Source of the DNA: a virus
Reading direction: 5' to 3' (one strand)
Virus record (IMG/VR): IMGVR_UViG_3300044613_001897
Length of the DNA: 64,000 nucleotides
Positions 33,050 through 44,213 of this stretch are shown piece by piece. Below the pieces are notes generated by a model, which was given only the letters and a program-made list of their open reading frames with translations, searched no databases and was not told where the DNA came from. The first letter of the stretch is position 1, and every line of letters begins with the position of its first letter. The position numbers and the translations under genes are program-made.

Positions 33050-33772
33050 ATGGAGAATTCGGCGAAGCGTAGTTTATATTTTTTAGGTGATGTACATGGT
33101 AATTGGAAATATCTTGAATGGGAGTTATCGACATCGTTTAAGGCATTTGTAGACTCTGATATAATACAAGTAGGTGACTTTGGTGTAGGATTTCGCACCA
33201 TTGAACGAGAAATGGCAGCATTGTATGAAATAAATGATACTTTATTTGCCGTTAATGCAATGCTGTATGTTATACGAGGTAATCATGACGATCCTACTTA
33301 TTTCAGCACTAATAAGTTAGAATTTAGTAACATAAAGTTCTTAAAAGATTATACAGTACTAAATTGTTCAGGTAAAAATATATTATGTGTAGGAGGAGCG
33401 ATATCTATAGATAGAGTTTATAGACATCACAATAACATGCATCACTTTAAAGGAGAAGAATTTAACTTGAACTTAGAGTTAGTCCCTACAAATAAAAAGA
33501 TAGATATTTTGGTTACACATACTGCACCTACTTTTTGTTATCCAACAGGATTCAATAATTTAGTATATTCTTTTGCTGCAAATGATCCTACTTTATTGGA
33601 TGACTTGACTAAAGAGCGTAAATTATTAACTGAATTATTTGATTACTTGAAAGAAACAGATAATAATATTACTCATCACTACTATGGACATTTTCATTCA
33701 GACAAAGTAGAATCGATAAACGATACTAAGCATGTTTTGATTGGTATTAATAATTTTGTGGACTTTAGATAA
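33050..33772 (+). CDS. Calcineurin-like metallophosphoesterase
   Basis: GDVHG, VGDFG, RGNHD, GGAISID, THTAP, GHFH. Confidence 0.9.
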   Translation: MENSAKRSLYFLGDVHGNWKYLEWELSTSFKAFVDSDIIQVGDFGVGFRTIEREMAALYEINDTLFAVNAMLYVIRGNHDDPTYFSTNKLEFSNIKFLKDYTVLNCSGKNILCVGGAISIDRVYRHHNNMHHFKGEEFNLNLELVPTNKKIDILVTHTAPTFCYPTGFNNLVYSFAANDPTLLDDLTKERKLLTELFDYLKETDNNITHHYYGHFHSDKVESINDTKHVLIGINNFVDFR

Positions 33773-34552
33773 GCTTGATATATGAATTTCTTATATATTA
33801 AAAGATATTTATATAATATTTTAAAATTTACCCTATAAACTCATAATTTTGCAATGTATATATAGGCTATTATAGCATAAAATACGGGTGTTATAGGGTA
33901 AAAATAAAGCTCTAAGGGTATCAATTATCTATATATTCACAGAGAAATTTCACTAAATATTAAATAAATTATTAATATCTTAAAATTTCTTAAAATTTGA
34001 GCTAAAATTTGGTTTTTTGATATAATTTATCTATCTTTAAGTATAAGGTTAAATAATTAACAAATACACAAAATGACAGACATAGAAAAAACAATAATAG
34101 TAAAAGCGCTTAAGACAAATTTAGCAGACTCTGACGCACAATGGGCTAATAAGATATCGCACGCTCAGATAGTAGGATTCCTACAGGGTACTTTAAAAGG
34201 TCTTATATCGCATTTAGAATCTGATAATTAAAAATATAAACTATGGCTAAAAAAACAAATTCAAGCACAGACAACACTTCATTCCATGAAGTAACATTTC
34301 GAGCATCAGTTAATCAAATTATTTTAGCATTTGGTAAACCTACCATCCAGGACAACACAGGTGAGGACAAAGTGAATTTCAAATGGGATATGGAGACATC
34401 TGAAGGGGATGTATTTACAATTTACGATTGGAAGGAATATCGAGAATTAGGTTTGGATCAAAAAGTTGAATGGCATATTGGAGCAGAAGACCAATTAACA
34501 AGCATTATTGCTAAGAAAGAAATATTAAAAGCCCTATAAAAAAGGCTTATTT

Positions 34553-34767
34553 AGTCAGGTGGCGGAATTGGTAGACGCTACTGGGGTGCTACCCAGATGA
34601 TAAGCAAGGGGCTAAACATATACTACGAAGAGGTATGAGGTATTACGACCTTAAAGATAGGACTAACAAACAGCCTATACGAAAGGATTAAATTCCATAT
34701 AAAGAAAACCCGTAGACCATCCCTGTTAGCAAGTAACTTAATACAGGTTCGATTCCTGTCCTGACGC
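34553..34767 (+). ncRNA. tRNA-like RNA with a large structured insert
   Basis: GTCAGG/CCTGAC acceptor, D-arm GGCGGAATTGGTAGACGC, T-arm ACAGG TTCGATT CCTGT; about 165 nt between D and T arms. Confidence 0.7.
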
Positions 34768-34808
34768 TAGTTTTTTTGAGTTCGTTGATATTTATATAAA
34801 AGACACAT

Positions 34809-35420
34809 ATGTCAAATATTAATGAACTTAAAAAATATCACATTTTATATAGAACAACTAATACTGTAACAGGAAGGTTCTATATTGGTATACATTCAAC
34901 TTCAAATTTAAAAGACAGGTATTTAGGAAGTGGTGTAAGATTTCGCAACGAATTAAAAAAGTACGGACCCAAATGCTTTGTGTTTGAAATTCTAGAGCAC
35001 TGCAGTAGCAGGCAAGTTGCTCTACAGAGAGAGTTTGAAACTCTAAAAACGTTGCTAAGTAATCCAAACTGCTTAAACCTATGTCAAGGAGGTAGAGCTG
35101 GTGGACTAGATGAATTAGCTAGAGATAAAAGTAAAGAAAGAAGAGACTGGTTAAAAGAGAACGATATTGAGTGGTATGCAAGCTATAGGGAGAAAATAAG
35201 TGATGGACTGAAAAGACGAGGTCAAACAACACCTGGAAATTTTACGGGAAGAACTCACTCATCGGCAACTATTGAAAAGATGAAACAGGCTGCAAAAGGA
35301 CGAGGTACGGGAAACCAAAACTCTCAGTACGGCACTTGTTGGATAACAAATGGCAACTTAAATAAAAAAATAAAGAAAACCGATCCTATTCCAGAAGAGT
35401 GGTACAAGGGTAGAGTATAA
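34809..35420 (+). CDS. GIY-YIG homing endonuclease with NUMOD3-like motif
   Basis: ILYRTTN...FYIGIH, YLGSG, FTGRTHSSATIEKM. Confidence 0.88.
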   Translation: MSNINELKKYHILYRTTNTVTGRFYIGIHSTSNLKDRYLGSGVRFRNELKKYGPKCFVFEILEHCSSRQVALQREFETLKTLLSNPNCLNLCQGGRAGGLDELARDKSKERRDWLKENDIEWYASYREKISDGLKRRGQTTPGNFTGRTHSSATIEKMKQAAKGRGTGNQNSQYGTCWITNGNLNKKIKKTDPIPEEWYKGRV

Positions 35421-35543
35421 ATCTTGATCAACAAAGCATTCATGTTAACCCGGACTTGTGGGGTGCTTTGAAAAACAAACAAGAAAGGGAGCTCTATTAT
35501 TTGGCTGGCTTTTAAGATGGTGCTCAAACAAGTCAGCAGTACT

Positions 35544-35627
35544 GCCCCGGTGGTGGAATGGTAGACACGCCGCACTTAAGATGCGGTGAATGTTAAATTC
35601 GTGCAGGTTCGAGTCCTGCCCGGGGTA
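35544..35627 (+). tRNA. trnL-UAA: tRNA-Leu(UAA)
   Basis: GCCCCGG/CCGGGGT acceptor, CCGCA-CTTAAGA-TGCGG anticodon arm, long variable arm, GCAGGTTCGAGTCCTGC. Confidence 0.95.
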
Positions 35628-35720
35628 CTAAAAAAAGATAGTTTATAATTAATTTGGTTTTCTAAACTAATTTTACTATCTTTAAAGTATTATATTAATT
35701 AACCAATAAAAACAAAAAGT

Positions 35721-35927
35721 ATGTTTTACGAAGTAAAAGTAAAGGTCGAGTTCGATGCAGGAAATGGAAAAGTTAAAAATAAAACTGAATCGTATTTAGT
35801 TGATGCAATGTCAGTAACAGAAGCTGAGGTTCGTGTTGTAGAATATTTCAAAGGTAGTGTTATACCATTTGAAGTTAAAGGTGCGCAGGTTTCTAGAATT
35901 ATTGATGTTATAAAATCATCTAAATAA
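35721..35927 (+). CDS. DUF4494-like protein
   Basis: YLVDAMSVTEAE motif. Confidence 0.75.
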   Translation: MFYEVKVKVEFDAGNGKVKNKTESYLVDAMSVTEAEVRVVEYFKGSVIPFEVKGAQVSRIIDVIKSSK

Positions 35928-36299
35928 TATGAGTACGAAATATTCAAATGGACAAACAGTAGTATTTCAATTAACAGAAAATACTTTTAAAGTTGGTACT
36001 ATACTAAGTTCTAAACCTACACCTAAACGTATTGAATATATGGTGTATGGTGAAGATGGTAAAGTTTATAGTGCTATACCTAATAAGACAGAAGGCTTAT
36101 ATAGAATCTGTCCTATGTTAACTGAAAAGTTTTGTGCAAAACATAATATCGAAGCTAATGTAGATGAATCAGTATTGAAGCAATTATCAGAAAAGATTAT
36201 TCCTGATTCTGATTTAGATACTAGCATTTTTGATGCCTCATTTGGTGACACGGCTCTAGAGCCAGTAGTTTCTGAATCTGAATCATAATTATATTATAC

Positions 36300-36696
36300 G
36301 GGGGTGACAGGTATTGACTGACATCTAATAGTATATCTTCAGCTCGGTGAATGGTTATTTACACCGAACAAAAATTGTAACCAAAAAATAAACGCAACAG
36401 AATTGTCTGCATTTACATTTGAAGATGCTATTGCATTTGTAACAAATGATGCGCTTGTAGCAGCGTAATAACAGAAGCCTACTACCTTACAGCAACTTTA
36501 GATATAGGTTAAATTGTTGTTTGTTTTGCTAATTTTCTCAAAATTAGATGGTGGATAAGTTGGCTTCCCATAATAGTCAGCCCCTTCTTTATTGGAATTC
36601 TAAAGTAGTTAGATTAAACTTTGAATTATCCTATGCTGTAAATAAAAGATGTATTGATTACTGGACAGGACCCGGATTCGATTTCCGGCACCTCCT
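36300..36696 (+). ncRNA. ssrA: tmRNA
   Basis: GGGGGTG/CACCTCC acceptor with G3.U70, T-arm CCGGA TTCGATT TCCGG, tag ORF 36394-36468 ATELSAFTFEDAIAFVTNDALVAA*. Confidence 0.9.
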
Positions 36697-36849
36697 CTAA
36701 ATTACAAAATATGAAACTGTTTGCCAGATTATTAAATAATATACTGACCAATATAGTTGGGTCGGTGTGTATTGAAATTTCATGGATCTTATCAAATTTA
36801 GGAGCAATTAAGTTAGCAGATAAATTTTATTCATTAGGTTGTTATTTTT

Positions 36850-37383
36850 ATGGAAATTACAGGGACTAAACAAAATATACTACTTACTGGTGGGTTTGGT
36901 ACTGTAGGGACACCATTGGTAGATAAGTTGATAGATGTAGGTTGTTATATCTATATTATAGATAACTTAAGTAAGCAAGAATCTTTAGAATCGTATACAA
37001 ATATGAATTTTAGAGTTAAAGCATCTTATACAGATATATCATACAGCTCATATATTTGGGCTGATATAAAGTTCTCCCATATAATTCATTTAGCTGCATA
37101 CACAAACGAAGAGGCTGCTGACGTGGATTATATTAAAGCATATACCGACAACTTACTTGGTACTATACGTATGATTAATAAATGTATAGATAAAAATATT
37201 AACTTTATATACTTACATTATCCTGAAACTACTGGATATCTTGGATTAATTAAAAATCAAGTTCTTGAAGTTATTGAATACTATTCGAAATACAAAAATT
37301 TACATTGTTCTATTATTAATTGTGATTCGAATCAATCGTTAGAAGATATTCATTCGAATATTCTACAATCAGTATTAAATTAA
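36850..37383 (+). CDS. NAD-dependent epimerase/dehydratase-like protein (short)
   Basis: LLTGGFGTVG, IDNLS, IIHLAA; C-terminal half of the family absent. Confidence 0.7.
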   Translation: MEITGTKQNILLTGGFGTVGTPLVDKLIDVGCYIYIIDNLSKQESLESYTNMNFRVKASYTDISYSSYIWADIKFSHIIHLAAYTNEEAADVDYIKAYTDNLLGTIRMINKCIDKNINFIYLHYPETTGYLGLIKNQVLEVIEYYSKYKNLHCSIINCDSNQSLEDIHSNILQSVLN

Positions 37384-37626
37384 TTTGGTATTTCGAAAGA
37401 TTATACTTACATTTAAGTTAAATATTAATTATGAACTTTAAAATTAACGACAGAGTCGTTGTAGAATTTCTTGGTAAAAACTATAACTCAACAATAACTT
37501 CTATGTACAAACATGATGATAAGTTATTTTGTGTACTTGCTGATGATGGTACTAAGATACCTGCAGTAGGTTATGATACTAATAAGGGAAAGTGGGCAAA
37601 TATTATTTCTAAACTAAACTAAATAT

Positions 37627-38214
37627 ATGAAAAAAATATTTAAGTACATACAGGATCATAGAATTTACATTTTAGATACTAACAAACTACAACAAAAATA
37701 TATTAAAGTTACGCCAATACTATTCGCATTTTTAATGATTAATATGTTTTGTGTAATGTTAGGATTTGTTAGTTCTAGAAATATAGTTAATACTGATTAT
37801 ATGACTAAGGAACAAAAGGTGCATATCATTAATGATTTAGATAAGTTTTCCATAGCTGAATATAAACAAGCATTGGCAGATTTGAATGTTAAATATCCTA
37901 GAGTAGTTTATGCTCAGGCACTAGTAGAATCTAATAACTTTAAATCATCAATCTTTATAGAGAATAATAATTCTTTAGGAATGAAGGAGGCAGTAATCCG
38001 GCCTACCATTAATGTGGGTACTAATAGAGGACATGCTATATATAATTCATGGAGAGATTGTGTTATTGATTATGCGTTATGGCAATCATATCATATAAAA
38101 AATATACATTCCGAAGATGAATATTTACAACTATTAGCTTCTATATATGCGGAAGATCCGAACTATATGTTAGCAATTAAACAAAGATTAAATCAATTCA
38201 ATAACGCAAAATAA
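37627..38214 (+). CDS. Glucosaminidase-type peptidoglycan hydrolase with TM anchor
   Basis: AQALVES, NNSLGMK, YAEDPNY (GH73-like). Confidence 0.8.
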   Translation: MKKIFKYIQDHRIYILDTNKLQQKYIKVTPILFAFLMINMFCVMLGFVSSRNIVNTDYMTKEQKVHIINDLDKFSIAEYKQALADLNVKYPRVVYAQALVESNNFKSSIFIENNNSLGMKEAVIRPTINVGTNRGHAIYNSWRDCVIDYALWQSYHIKNIHSEDEYLQLLASIYAEDPNYMLAIKQRLNQFNNAK

Positions 38215-39814
38215 TATAACAGTGATACAAGATAAGAAAGTAAAACAAACTATAGAAAGACTTAAAAAACGAGTACATAAGTTTTATCCAGGAGCATTCG
38301 TTGAATTGCTAGATGACGGGGGGTATGTACTAGTTGATACCCAAGGTACTAATTTATTCAATGAATATTTTATACAACCAGCGCCGTCATATTTACGAGC
38401 TTGGGAATTAGGTATTTTATGTGCCAAAACAACACAAAACTTTAATAGAACACATCCTGACAGATTAATTTTATCTAATAAGGAGGAGCGACCGGCTAAG
38501 AAAATGAAACGACGAAAGGTGGTTACCGCAGAATAGTGCCATATTTATTTAAAAACCATAATGGTCGAAATTGACTTCGATAAATTTGACACAGAAGCTA
38601 CTTTTAGACTTTGGCTATTATCCGATGAGGGTAGAGTAATATTTGATTATGTATATATGGTAGTAATAGAATCATTTGATAAACCAATTAGACATATACC
38701 AGTAATCACTAAAAAATACGATGGTACTGTATATAGTATTGATATGCAGAATATTAAAGGATTCTGCACAAAAGGTATATCACACTATGAATATTTAGAA
38801 GAATATGAAAAGTGCGCAACTTTAGTTAATATTTTAAAACAATTAAATAATGAATAATATTCTAATAACAGCAGACATTATAATATCACTAATGGCATTG
38901 GTTGGTATTCTTTATTCTTTGCAGAATAAACAAAATCGTATAGACTTTTTGGAGTCTGAATTACTTATTAAATCTAAGTTGATTGAATGTCTTCAAGACG
39001 AATACACCAAGCTAGAAACCAAGGACAAATAATATGTCACAGCATATTAAAGATATGTTTGATGAAATTTTAAACGACGAATTCGATCCTAATAACGATT
39101 TGTTTTCGCCAGTTACATACCCTTTATTGTCTGATAAGACACGTGTATTAGAAAAGTTAACTAAATTGCAAGAATTAATCGATGACCAGGATACTACTAG
39201 ATTGTTCATATCTTTTTGTATAGACAAAATTAATCAGGATTACAGATTAACACTTAAATGTATTGATAAATTAAATGATATATACAATCAGTTGTAATAT
39301 TTATATAAAATAGTAATATGGATGAATTAGATGACACTAGCAATGATTTATTCATTAATGATAAGGACTATGATTTTTTCAAATCATTGCCTGATGATGA
39401 AAAAATTTTATGTTTATTCGACATTTGGTATAGTGGCGAGCCAGTAGAAATATATGATTCAACTGATGATGATATCCAATCTATGATCAATTTGTCAATA
39501 CAATCAGAAGACACTGCTAACGTACTTATTACTAACGATATATTAGTTATCAATAGTAATGATTCAAAGGTTTTATCAGAGGCGGTGTCTAACTTTTTTA
39601 AGGTTGGTCTTATTTTAGAAAGATTATTTGTATCTGAAGCAGGACTACTTACTTATAAACGACAAAAGTATTGTAGAATTTATTCAATAATTGGTCCTAG
39701 TTTACCAATTATCTATAATTAAATGAAATTTTTTGATAATTATATTTGTAGGCTGATGCCTATATATTCATTAACAATTAATAATTGATTATTGAAAATT
39801 AGCAAATGCTACCC

Positions 39815-39839
39815 GGGCGCCCCGTAAGGCGCCTTTTTT
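39815..39839 (+). terminator. Intrinsic terminator
   Basis: GGGCGCC ccgtaa GGCGCC TTTTTT. Confidence 0.75.
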
Positions 39840-40130
39840 AAACTAAATTATAAGTTATGATACAAATTAACTTCAATAAGATTATACGAAATGGTGATAA
39901 GCTCTATTATCTTAATCGTATTATCGATGAGAGCTTACTAAAGGATAATACATCCGAATATAAAGAATTTTTAGGTGTTGATACAGTATTACGGAAAGAT
40001 AATATGTTATTCTTTTGCGAAACTATACCAGATATTGAGTTTGAAGATGTTATAAAAACAGTTCCAGAAATAGTTACTGAATAATTTGGTTATATCATCT
40101 TTTTTTATTACTTTTAAGTAAATTAAAGAT

Positions 40131-41057
40131 ATGAATCAAACATTAGGTTATGCTTGTATTAACACCGAATTACGTAAGTTCGGTATAACTACTAATAGAG
40201 GGCTACGAGCAGCCACAATTAAAAAGAATGGTATAATTGCAGCATCCGAGTTAGCATTACAAAATGCGCAGGATCTATATAAAACCATTGAATGGAATGC
40301 AAAGAATAATATTAACTTATATAGAATTAGTTCTGACATACTCCCGTGGGCTGGTAAGATAGAGATACCCAACTACCCACATTATAAGCAAATCTCCCTT
40401 GCATTAGCGTCTGCGGGTAAACTAGCACGGGATACAGGACAGCGATTAACTGCGCACCCCGGACCGTTTAATTTATTAGCTTCTCCAAAAGAATCTGTTG
40501 TATTAAATACAATCGAAGATTTAGAAACACATTCCAAACTATTCGATTTATTAGGATTATCAGAAACACCATATAATAAAATTAATATTCATATTGGAGC
40601 TACATACGGTGATAAAAATAGTGCTGCAAAAACTTGGGTCAAAAATTTTAAACGATTATCAGAATCTTGTAGGAAACGATTGACAGTAGAAAATGATGAT
40701 AAAGCATCTATGTTTTCCGTACGAGATTTATATGATATGGTTCATTCTGAACTAAATATTCCTATAGTTTTCGATTATCATCATCACAAGTTTTGTACTG
40801 GAGATTTGTCAGAAGAAAACGCATTACGATTGGCAGTTTCAACATGGGGTGATATAAAACCTGTTGTACATTATAGCGAATCTAAAGCTATTCATGAAAA
40901 TAATCAATCTATAAGACCGCAAGCACATTCAGATTTTCTTTCTGAATTTATAGATACGTACGGTTTAGATATAGATATTATGCTGGAATGCAAGGCTAAA
41001 GAACAAGGTCTACTGCAGTACAGAAAAAAATATTTAGATAAAAACTTTGTTTTATGA
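40131..41057 (+). CDS. uvsE: UV damage endonuclease
   Basis: LGYACIN, YRISS, RLTAHPG, INIHIG, RLTVENDD, FDYHHH, HYSES, AHSD, ECKAKE. Confidence 0.95.
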   Translation: MNQTLGYACINTELRKFGITTNRGLRAATIKKNGIIAASELALQNAQDLYKTIEWNAKNNINLYRISSDILPWAGKIEIPNYPHYKQISLALASAGKLARDTGQRLTAHPGPFNLLASPKESVVLNTIEDLETHSKLFDLLGLSETPYNKINIHIGATYGDKNSAAKTWVKNFKRLSESCRKRLTVENDDKASMFSVRDLYDMVHSELNIPIVFDYHHHKFCTGDLSEENALRLAVSTWGDIKPVVHYSESKAIHENNQSIRPQAHSDFLSEFIDTYGLDIDIMLECKAKEQGLLQYRKKYLDKNFVL

Positions 41058-41219
41058 AAAAGTTTACTATATTTAATGTATTTTAATTATTAATGTTTAA
41101 ATAATAAGTAATTTATAATAATTGATTATTAATAAGATAGTTAATTAATAAATATAATTGTATATTTATACGAGTACGTAGTACGAAGTATAATGCAACG
41201 GAAACATAAAATTTAAGAT

Positions 41220-41390
41220 ATGAGATACAAAGAATTCATTGTAAAAAAGTTAGAAGAGCAAATTAACATGATTCAAAGTTTAGAAAGAACTTTTGATTCT
41301 GGAACAATTTCTAAGCACGAAGCTTTATTGAAATTAAATCAAATTACTAAAGGTTTATCAATAGCTCTTGAGAGATTAGAATTGGAGTAA
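41220..41390 (+). CDS. Small hypothetical protein (56 aa, not in ORF track)
   Basis: MRYKEFIVKKLEEQ...LERLELE; its stop overlaps the next ATG. Confidence 0.65.
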   Translation: MRYKEFIVKKLEEQINMIQSLERTFDSGTISKHEALLKLNQITKGLSIALERLELE

Positions 41391-42433
41391 TGAATAAAAC
41401 AGTACTTAAGTATTCAGTTGGTGCAATATCATTATTATTAGCATGTGTCGCTGCATATTTTTCGATTACTGGATTATCCAAGCTATTTGCCGGTTCTGGT
41501 ACTGCCATTTTAATAATGGCATCTACATTAGAATTAGGTAAACTAGTTACTGTATCGTATTTGAATAGATTCTGGAAAGTTACTAAACTATCTTTAAAGA
41601 TATATCTATCATCCGCCGTATGTATTCTAATGTTAATAACATCATTAGGTATATACGGATTTCTAACTGCGGGTTATCAGATAACTAAAAATAAATTTGA
41701 ATTATCAAATACTTCAGTAACTTATTTTGAAAATCAAAAGTTAACGGTTGATAATAAAAGTAATTCTATTCAGAAGAATATAGATAACTTAAACGAAAGA
41801 TTGCAAAATCTATATACTTTACGTAATAATACAGAAAACAGAATTAATAAATCGTTTGATAGTAATAAATTTTCAGTTAGCAATTCACAATCTAAAACTG
41901 CTAAACAATTTGATTCTGATATTAAATTATTACAGTTAAAAATTGAAACTTTAGAATCTGACAGATTAATGTTGATGGATAGTAGTGCTAATATACAAGT
42001 ATCAATTACTAAAGCTAAGCTATCAAATGAATCTGCAAATGAATTAGGGCCGTTAATGTATGTAGCTAAAGTTACAAATATTGATATTGATGTTATAGTA
42101 TCAGTACTAATTCTTTTATTTATTATAGTGTTTGATCCTTTAGCTATAGCATTATTGTTAGTATTTAATAACTTAAGTGCAGAAAAACATGATAATGAGT
42201 TTGTATATATCAAAGATGGGTATGACGATAAAAATAAAGAAGATATTATACCGGATATTAATATTAATACTAAGCCCCTTAATGACACTGATGTTATACA
42301 CGATATATCAGAACCAAATATTGAACCTGACCCATTTAATACCACAATATTTGCTGAGTTAGAAAAGAAATTAGAAGAGCCTACTTCCATATATCAACCA
42401 CCGGCTCCTAGATTATATGGTGATATAAGATAA
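41390..42433 (+). CDS. Multi-pass membrane coiled-coil protein
   Basis: Three TM helices (LELGKLV, TSLGIYGFL), coiled coil, IVFDPLAI. Confidence 0.7.
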   Translation: MNKTVLKYSVGAISLLLACVAAYFSITGLSKLFAGSGTAILIMASTLELGKLVTVSYLNRFWKVTKLSLKIYLSSAVCILMLITSLGIYGFLTAGYQITKNKFELSNTSVTYFENQKLTVDNKSNSIQKNIDNLNERLQNLYTLRNNTENRINKSFDSNKFSVSNSQSKTAKQFDSDIKLLQLKIETLESDRLMLMDSSANIQVSITKAKLSNESANELGPLMYVAKVTNIDIDVIVSVLILLFIIVFDPLAIALLLVFNNLSAEKHDNEFVYIKDGYDDKNKEDIIPDININTKPLNDTDVIHDISEPNIEPDPFNTTIFAELEKKLEEPTSIYQPPAPRLYGDIR

Positions 42434-42477
42434 TTCTTTAAAAAGATTTGTATATACGATTTTAAATTATTATATTC

Positions 42478-43128
42478 ATGTTAATTATGAATAAGAAGGA
42501 CCTATTATATGAAGACAAGTTGATACAACCTAATCAACCTATATCTGTCGAATCAACAGAAGAATCGGTTATCGTTCCAGATGATTGGTCAATTTATAAC
42601 GAGATTGAATATGGTGTTAGTCTAGAAGAATCTGTAATTTTTATACAGGGTGATATAATATTAGGCACATTATTTGATATCATTATGAAGATTAGGTTAA
42701 TATTAAGCCAAAGAGCAGAAAATGATGATACACCAATAACAATAGTTTTAAATTCAGATGGTGGTGATGTATATGAAGCATTAGGTATTATTGATTATAT
42801 TCATTCATTATCTGTAAAGGTCAATATTATAGCTCGTGGTAGAGCTTGTTCAGCTGCAGCTTTATTATTAGCTTGTACAACAGGTATACGCGCAGCAAGT
42901 AAATATACATTTATTATGGTACACGAATTAAGTACATCAAATTCAGGAACAGCTACAGATATAAAAGTTAATGCTAATCATGTTGATGAATTAGATATGA
43001 TTATGTATAACTTATTAGCACAATATACTACGCAAAAGAAAGAGTATTGGGAAAAGGTAGCAAGAAAAGACTTTTATATGACAGCTGAAAAGGCTGTTGA
43101 GTTAGGAGTTATTGATCAAATTATATAA
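42478..43128 (+). CDS. clpP: ClpP-like protease
   Basis: NSDGGDV, GRACSAA (Ser), IMVHE (His), DFYMTAEKAVELG. Confidence 0.88.
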   Translation: MLIMNKKDLLYEDKLIQPNQPISVESTEESVIVPDDWSIYNEIEYGVSLEESVIFIQGDIILGTLFDIIMKIRLILSQRAENDDTPITIVLNSDGGDVYEALGIIDYIHSLSVKVNIIARGRACSAAALLLACTTGIRAASKYTFIMVHELSTSNSGTATDIKVNANHVDELDMIMYNLLAQYTTQKKEYWEKVARKDFYMTAEKAVELGVIDQII

Positions 43129-43144
43129 ACAAAATAAATAAGTT

Positions 43145-43906
43145 ATGTTAACAGAACAACAAATTGTAGATAATTGGAATAAGTTTCTAGAATTAATAGA
43201 AACAGAATTTCCGGATAGAGCTAGCGCTTTATTGGTTATGTATAAAGAACTAGAAGATCGTATAGTATCTATGCCAGCATCCGGTGTGGAACATTATCAT
43301 AATGCGTTCCCGGGCGGATATGTAGATCATATTATCAGAGTACATAAATGTGCAATGGAATTGTATGAGTTATGGGCAAAAATGGGAGTAGATGTATCAG
43401 GATTTACTAAAGAGGAATTAGTATTTGCAGCATTCCATCATGACTTAGGTAAAGTAGGATTTCCTGGTAATGGTAATGAAATCTATATATTCAATAATTC
43501 TGAATGGCATAGAAAACATCAAGGTAAAATCTATACACATAATCCTAATAATCCATTTACAATGGTTCCTGATTTGTCGTTATATTTACTACAACATTAT
43601 AATATTCCAGTTACCTGGAACGAATATCTAGCAATTAAGATTCATGATGGTTTATATGATGATGCTAACAAACCATATTTTATTTCCAGAACAGCAGATG
43701 CAAAATTAAAAAATTGTTTACCATTAATTATGCATCATGCAGATCATATGGCATCAATTATTGAATATGATAGATGGAAAGTAACAAATGGGTCTGTTCC
43801 GGTTACTAGCAATAGCAATGCTACTGTAAAATCTTCTATAAAGAAGACTACTACACCACTTGCTGATGACAATTTGAAAAAAGCTTTTGATGATTTATTT
43901 AATTAA
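43145..43906 (+). CDS. HD-domain phosphohydrolase
   Basis: HNAFPGGYVDH, HHDLGK, HDG, HHAD. Confidence 0.88.
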   Translation: MLTEQQIVDNWNKFLELIETEFPDRASALLVMYKELEDRIVSMPASGVEHYHNAFPGGYVDHIIRVHKCAMELYELWAKMGVDVSGFTKEELVFAAFHHDLGKVGFPGNGNEIYIFNNSEWHRKHQGKIYTHNPNNPFTMVPDLSLYLLQHYNIPVTWNEYLAIKIHDGLYDDANKPYFISRTADAKLKNCLPLIMHHADHMASIIEYDRWKVTNGSVPVTSNSNATVKSSIKKTTTPLADDNLKKAFDDLFN

Positions 43907-44213
43907 TTTATTATGGAAATTACTGCAATTATAATACTATCCGCATACAGCATTGCGACTTCATATTTTATATATAAGCTAATACGAAGAGAGGAAGTTA
44001 TAGAGGAATATTACGAAGAAACTATTCAATTGGTAGAGTCAAAACTTATCAATGTAAAATTAAAAATGGAAGAAACTATAGAACAATTATCAGTTATTGA
44101 TCAACGAGGGTCATTTGAAGCTGATGATGAGGTTGGTTTCGCATTCAAAGAAATAAAAAAATTAAACGAAGAACTATTACAGTTCATTTTAGAATATAAC
44201 AAAACAGACCAAA

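Larger units (their letters stand above)
14891..34050 (+). promoter_or_regulatory. Dispersed early-promoter module, 13 copies
   Basis: ATATCTTAAAA-N4-TTAAAA ... TTG ... TAnnTTTAA starting at 14891, 20154, 21004, 21402, 21714, 22881, 23265, 24478, 24794, 26843, 27176, 28849, 33975; each shortly upstream of an ATG. Confidence 0.85.

Noticed and set aside
34579-34742. Group I intron in tRNA-Leu
   Set aside because: No recognisable P7 core and no splice junctions that rebuild a 7 nt anticodon loop; kept as an unexplained insert
35421-35543. Two hairpins between the endonuclease and tRNA-Leu
   Set aside because: Could be terminator or processing stems; no family recognised and too little evidence to call an ncRNA
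36654-36710. N-terminus of ORF 36654
   Set aside because: Overlaps the tmRNA 3' end; the real start is more likely ATG 36711
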